A stretch of 49,288 bases of DNA from Octopus bimaculoides. Its lineage: Eukaryota. Each line of letters begins with the position of its first letter. Within the stretch, counting starts at the first letter, position 1. Under the pieces are notes generated by a model that was given only the letters and a program-made list of their open reading frames with translations, made no database searches and was not told where the DNA came from. The stretch is from NCBI RefSeq assembly GCF_001194135.2, contig NC_068984.1, positions 88,654,757 through 88,704,044 on the forward strand. The letters are read 5' to 3'. The translations under genes and the position numbers were made by a program. Positions 47,111 to 49,288 of this stretch are shown in pieces.

Positions 47111-48039
47111 ATTAACTTGAACAGAAGTTTCGTCGTCACCAGCCCCAATGCTAATTACAAATTCAAGTGGCTCAACTGGAAACATCATTAAAAATTTGTA
47201 GGTAGTGAACAGCTATTTCAATTATTATTCATTTATTTATTTATTTTTACTGCGTCATACATGATCTTCATTAAGATCATGAATGACGCACACGTTTAGA
47301 ACATGGATTTATCGTGCTTTTACTTTCTGCTTAATGAAACAGAACTGCAGTCAGATAGAAGTCAAAAGAGGCAGATATTTTTTTATATTTTTTATTTCGT
47401 AAAAAAAGCTCCGCCTCGTGCTGCAGAGAGTAATGTAATAGCTTTCCACTAAATATCACGCGATCGCGAAGAAATCTATATACATCAAGTGTGTTTTTGA
47501 AGTGTTGGTAAAAAGCATATATTGTGTTAAGTATACTGTGTAATAGATATTTAGATCTAGAAAGATATGTTTGAAAACTCTCTTGCATACGACATGACTT
47601 ATTTTCCTTTATTAAAACGCACACTCACTATTTTTCCTTTTCCTCTGACGCCTTCTCTCTTTTTCTCTCTCTCTCTCTCACTCATACATACATCGTCAGT
47701 GTTGTAGTCACAAAACAATGAATAAAATGTTAAGCTTCTTTTAGAAGTTTAAATGGAATGTCAATCATTTGTTAGAAAAGAAGTCGAAGAAACGACTTAA
47801 TTTATCACATCTTTTTAGTTTTCCGAAAACAACCATTTTCTCGGGTAAAGTTTCATATCTAGACTTTTCCCATTGGTAAAAACAATAGCAAAAGACAATT
47901 TATCTTTGTTTGTATCGGTATTACGTTTATCGTTGTGGACGATAAGATTTCTAAAAGTTAAAAGTATTGCATTTTCTCTATGTTCGTGCATATTAATATT
48001 TTGTGTTGCAATTAAATTATCATTCTGAATCTAAATAGC

Positions 48040-48310
48040 TATTCAGAAATAAGCAATTTGAAAAAATTTGAGAAAGACGAAAATTGATAAAACTCAGACA
48101 GCAAATATAGAATCTGTAGCAAAAGGGACGTAAGTATTAACTATCTACTAAATAAATACGGTTAGAGTATAAGCGCGGGCATGACTGTGTCGATAAAGGA
48201 GTACACTGGGATGTTACCCATATTTGTGGATTCGAAATAACAGCAGAGTGGTATGAACACGAGCCAAAGGTACGATGTTGAGCGATGACTAGAGACAGAG
48301 AATTGCTTGA
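48040..48310 (+). mobile_element. R4/Dong-like non-LTR retrotransposon zinc-knuckle region, decayed
   Basis: KIDKTQ..YRICSK..EYKRGHDCVDKGVHW..WYEHEP, with frameshifts. Confidence 0.75.
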
Positions 48311-48489
48311 CACAGAAGATACGGTTCGTACTGCGATCTAGGGTTTGAAAAATTACGTTGTATTTTGTGAAGAAAGAATACTATCGGTGGCTAGAAATGT
48401 TCAGAAACTTACTGAAACAGTAGGAGAATTAAAAAACAGAAAAGAACAACAGAACAAGTAGATGGAAACAGAAAGAATAACATGGTCAA

Positions 48490-49035
48490 TTCATGCAACA
48501 AACCGAAGACACCGGAAGTAAAGAACGCTGGTTGTGTTTGATAATCGGATGCCTGAAACGAGAAATCGAAACGCTAATTATATCCGCTCAGGAGCAAGTT
48601 ATTAGGAGGAATTTGATGAAGGCAAAGATTGATAAAACTCAGCCATAGAGTAAACGCAGAATCTGTGGGAAAGGAAACGAAAGACTTGCGTGAATGCAGT
48701 AAGCTAACGCGAAAAGAGTATAAGTGCAGATATGACTATGTTGATAAAAGAGTGCATTGGGTTGTTAGCCGTTTGTGTGTATTAAAAGCAGCATAAAAGT
48801 GATATGAGTATGAGTCAGAAACTGTGATAGAGAATAATAATTACAGGATATTACTATCCTAAAAGACTTACCATAATATTGAAGCAAGGAGACGAAATAT
48901 AATCGTAGAGGACAGAAAAAAACACAGGGTAAGATCATAAACTTTGCAATACCATGTGATTGTAGAGTGAATATCAAAGGAATAAAGAAAATTGAGAAAT
49001 ATTAGGATGTAATATGAGAGACGAAGAAATTGTAG
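48490..49035 (+). mobile_element. R4/Dong-like non-LTR retrotransposon C-terminus (CCHC plus restriction-like endonuclease), decayed
   Basis: GCLKREIETLIISAQEQVIRRNLMKAKIDKTQ, RICGK, KEYKCRYDYVDKRVHW, IEARRRNIIVED, IINFAIPCDCRV, KIEKY*D. Confidence 0.85.
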
Positions 49036-49161
49036 AAAATAATGGTGAAAATTGCTTCTGTAGCAATTGGTTCGTTCGGTACAACACCCAAATTGTTACA
49101 TATGAGTCCACCAAGTCTCAGGACAAAATCCCCGCTTATTAAATTAGAATGTAATTTCTTT

Positions 49162-49162
<1 letters not shown>

Positions 49163-49216
<54 letters not shown>

Positions 49217-49220
49217 TAAC

Positions 49221-49288
<68 letters not shown>
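49163..49288. repeat. (AAT)n microsatellite running to window end
   Basis: Direct reading. Confidence 0.98.

Overview
AT-rich, repeat-dominated eukaryotic DNA. It has seven N-gaps, most of them beside microsatellites. The SINE families and (TA)n/(CA)n load look like a cephalopod (Octopus-like) short-read assembly; that identification is inference. No intact protein-coding gene is visible. The window holds decayed DNA transposons (hAT Buster-type, a DD36E Tc1, three mariners, a Tigger/pogo, several MITEs). It also holds non-LTR retrotransposon remnants (Tx1/L1, RTE, R4/Dong-like), three abundant tRNA-derived SINE families and many Penelope-like element (PLE) pieces. The most interesting signals involve hammerhead ribozymes (HHR). 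(1) At 1137-1712, a head-to-tail pair of units each joins a tRNA-derived Pol III head to a minimal dimer-type HHR, with a probable PLE ORF start between them; this is a SINE/PLE/retrozyme-like hybrid. (2) At 19596-21997, a PLE has about 188 low-complexity residues in frame inside its GIY-YIG motif, a downstream type I HHR and a hairpin-dense 3' region. Its 5' inversion starts at the predicted ribozyme cleavage site. (3) At 18917-19212, a foldback element has a decayed HHR core in its loop. Weaker signals are a possible plus-strand chain of small exons and a decayed cadherin-repeat/TM fragment. All translations, alignments and folds were done by eye. SINE and remnant boundaries are approximate.
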